Shown: piece after piece, positions 61,705 to 64,000 of the stretch
Layout of the letters: the number at the start of each line of letters is the position of its first letter
Position numbering within the stretch: position 1 is the stretch's first letter
NCBI RefSeq assembly: GCF_009914755.1
Contig: NC_060948.1
DNA length: 64,000 nt
Reading direction: 5' to 3' (one strand)
Source: the human T2T-CHM13v2.0 reference genome, Homo sapiens
Translations under genes and position numbers: made by a program
Notes under the pieces: model-generated
Told to the model about the DNA's origin: nothing
The model's database searches: none
Seen by the model: the letters and a program-made list of their open reading frames with translations, nothing else

Positions 61705-62276
61705 AGATCCATATTTTTTAAATGAAAAAAAATTTCAAAGGTACTCTGCTTGGTACAATAATCAAATGTATAAACTGAGGAATAAAACATAACCATGAAA
61801 CCTACTTATAACTGCATATGGAAAATACAGAGGATAATTTTTTAAATAACATATTTTGAAAGCCTTAACTAGTAATTTGAAGAGTTGGCATTTGAAAGGC
61901 CAGTATGAATATACCTTCAAAGCAGCAACACAGGTTCCCCATGAGAAAAAGCAAACTCAGGGAAAATAAAACCACAAAGGTTCAATCTCTTCTGACCTTT
62001 GAAAGACACAGCACAGACAGTGGTCCTTAGGACGAAGAGCAGGAGACCCCTAATTCCGTCACCATGGCGATAGGGCATAAACATTGCTGGGTAAGGGCCC
62101 AATCCACATTGTGAGGTCCAACTGCTGCCAGGAAGACAGGAGTGCTTTTACATAGACCGAAAGGTCATTGAAGGCTCAGAGTTTTGTTTCAAGAACTGAA
62201 TCCCAAGCCCACACGTTATTAGGCTGCGCTACTTAAAACAAGTTATGAGATGGGAAAAAGGGCACCCACAAACATA
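61705..62276. repeat. HSATI-like segment of DYZ2 unit 7
   Basis: Colinear copy. Confidence 0.75.

Positions 62277-64000
<1,724 letters not shown>

Noticed and set aside
62085-62100. Splice-donor-like GGGTAAGG variant (GGGTGAGG in other units)
   Set aside because: A short motif expected by chance, with no exon context or transcript evidence in the sequence.

Overview
This window is entirely satellite DNA, with no credible protein-coding or RNA gene. It matches human Yq12 heterochromatin and spans a boundary between two arrays. Bases 1-46150 are a DYZ1 (HSat3) array of diverged (GGAAT)n pentamers on the + strand. Its higher-order units are about 3.54-3.59 kb, each with one canonical EcoRI site and one HaeIII site, and one unit is only 2061 bp. 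Bases 46151-64000 are a DYZ2 (HSat1B) array of about 2.42 kb units, each made of an AT-rich block, a minus-strand diverged Alu and a moderately GC-rich HSATI-like segment; the first period is about 770 bp short. All listed ORFs are by-products of the repeats. The most notable observations are three consensus heat-shock elements per DYZ1 unit with unit-specific gains and losses, the DYZ1/DYZ2 junction structure, and shared variants pointing to 2-unit and 4-unit duplication layers. I found no evidence of a new gene system. Counts and spacings were read by eye, not computed.
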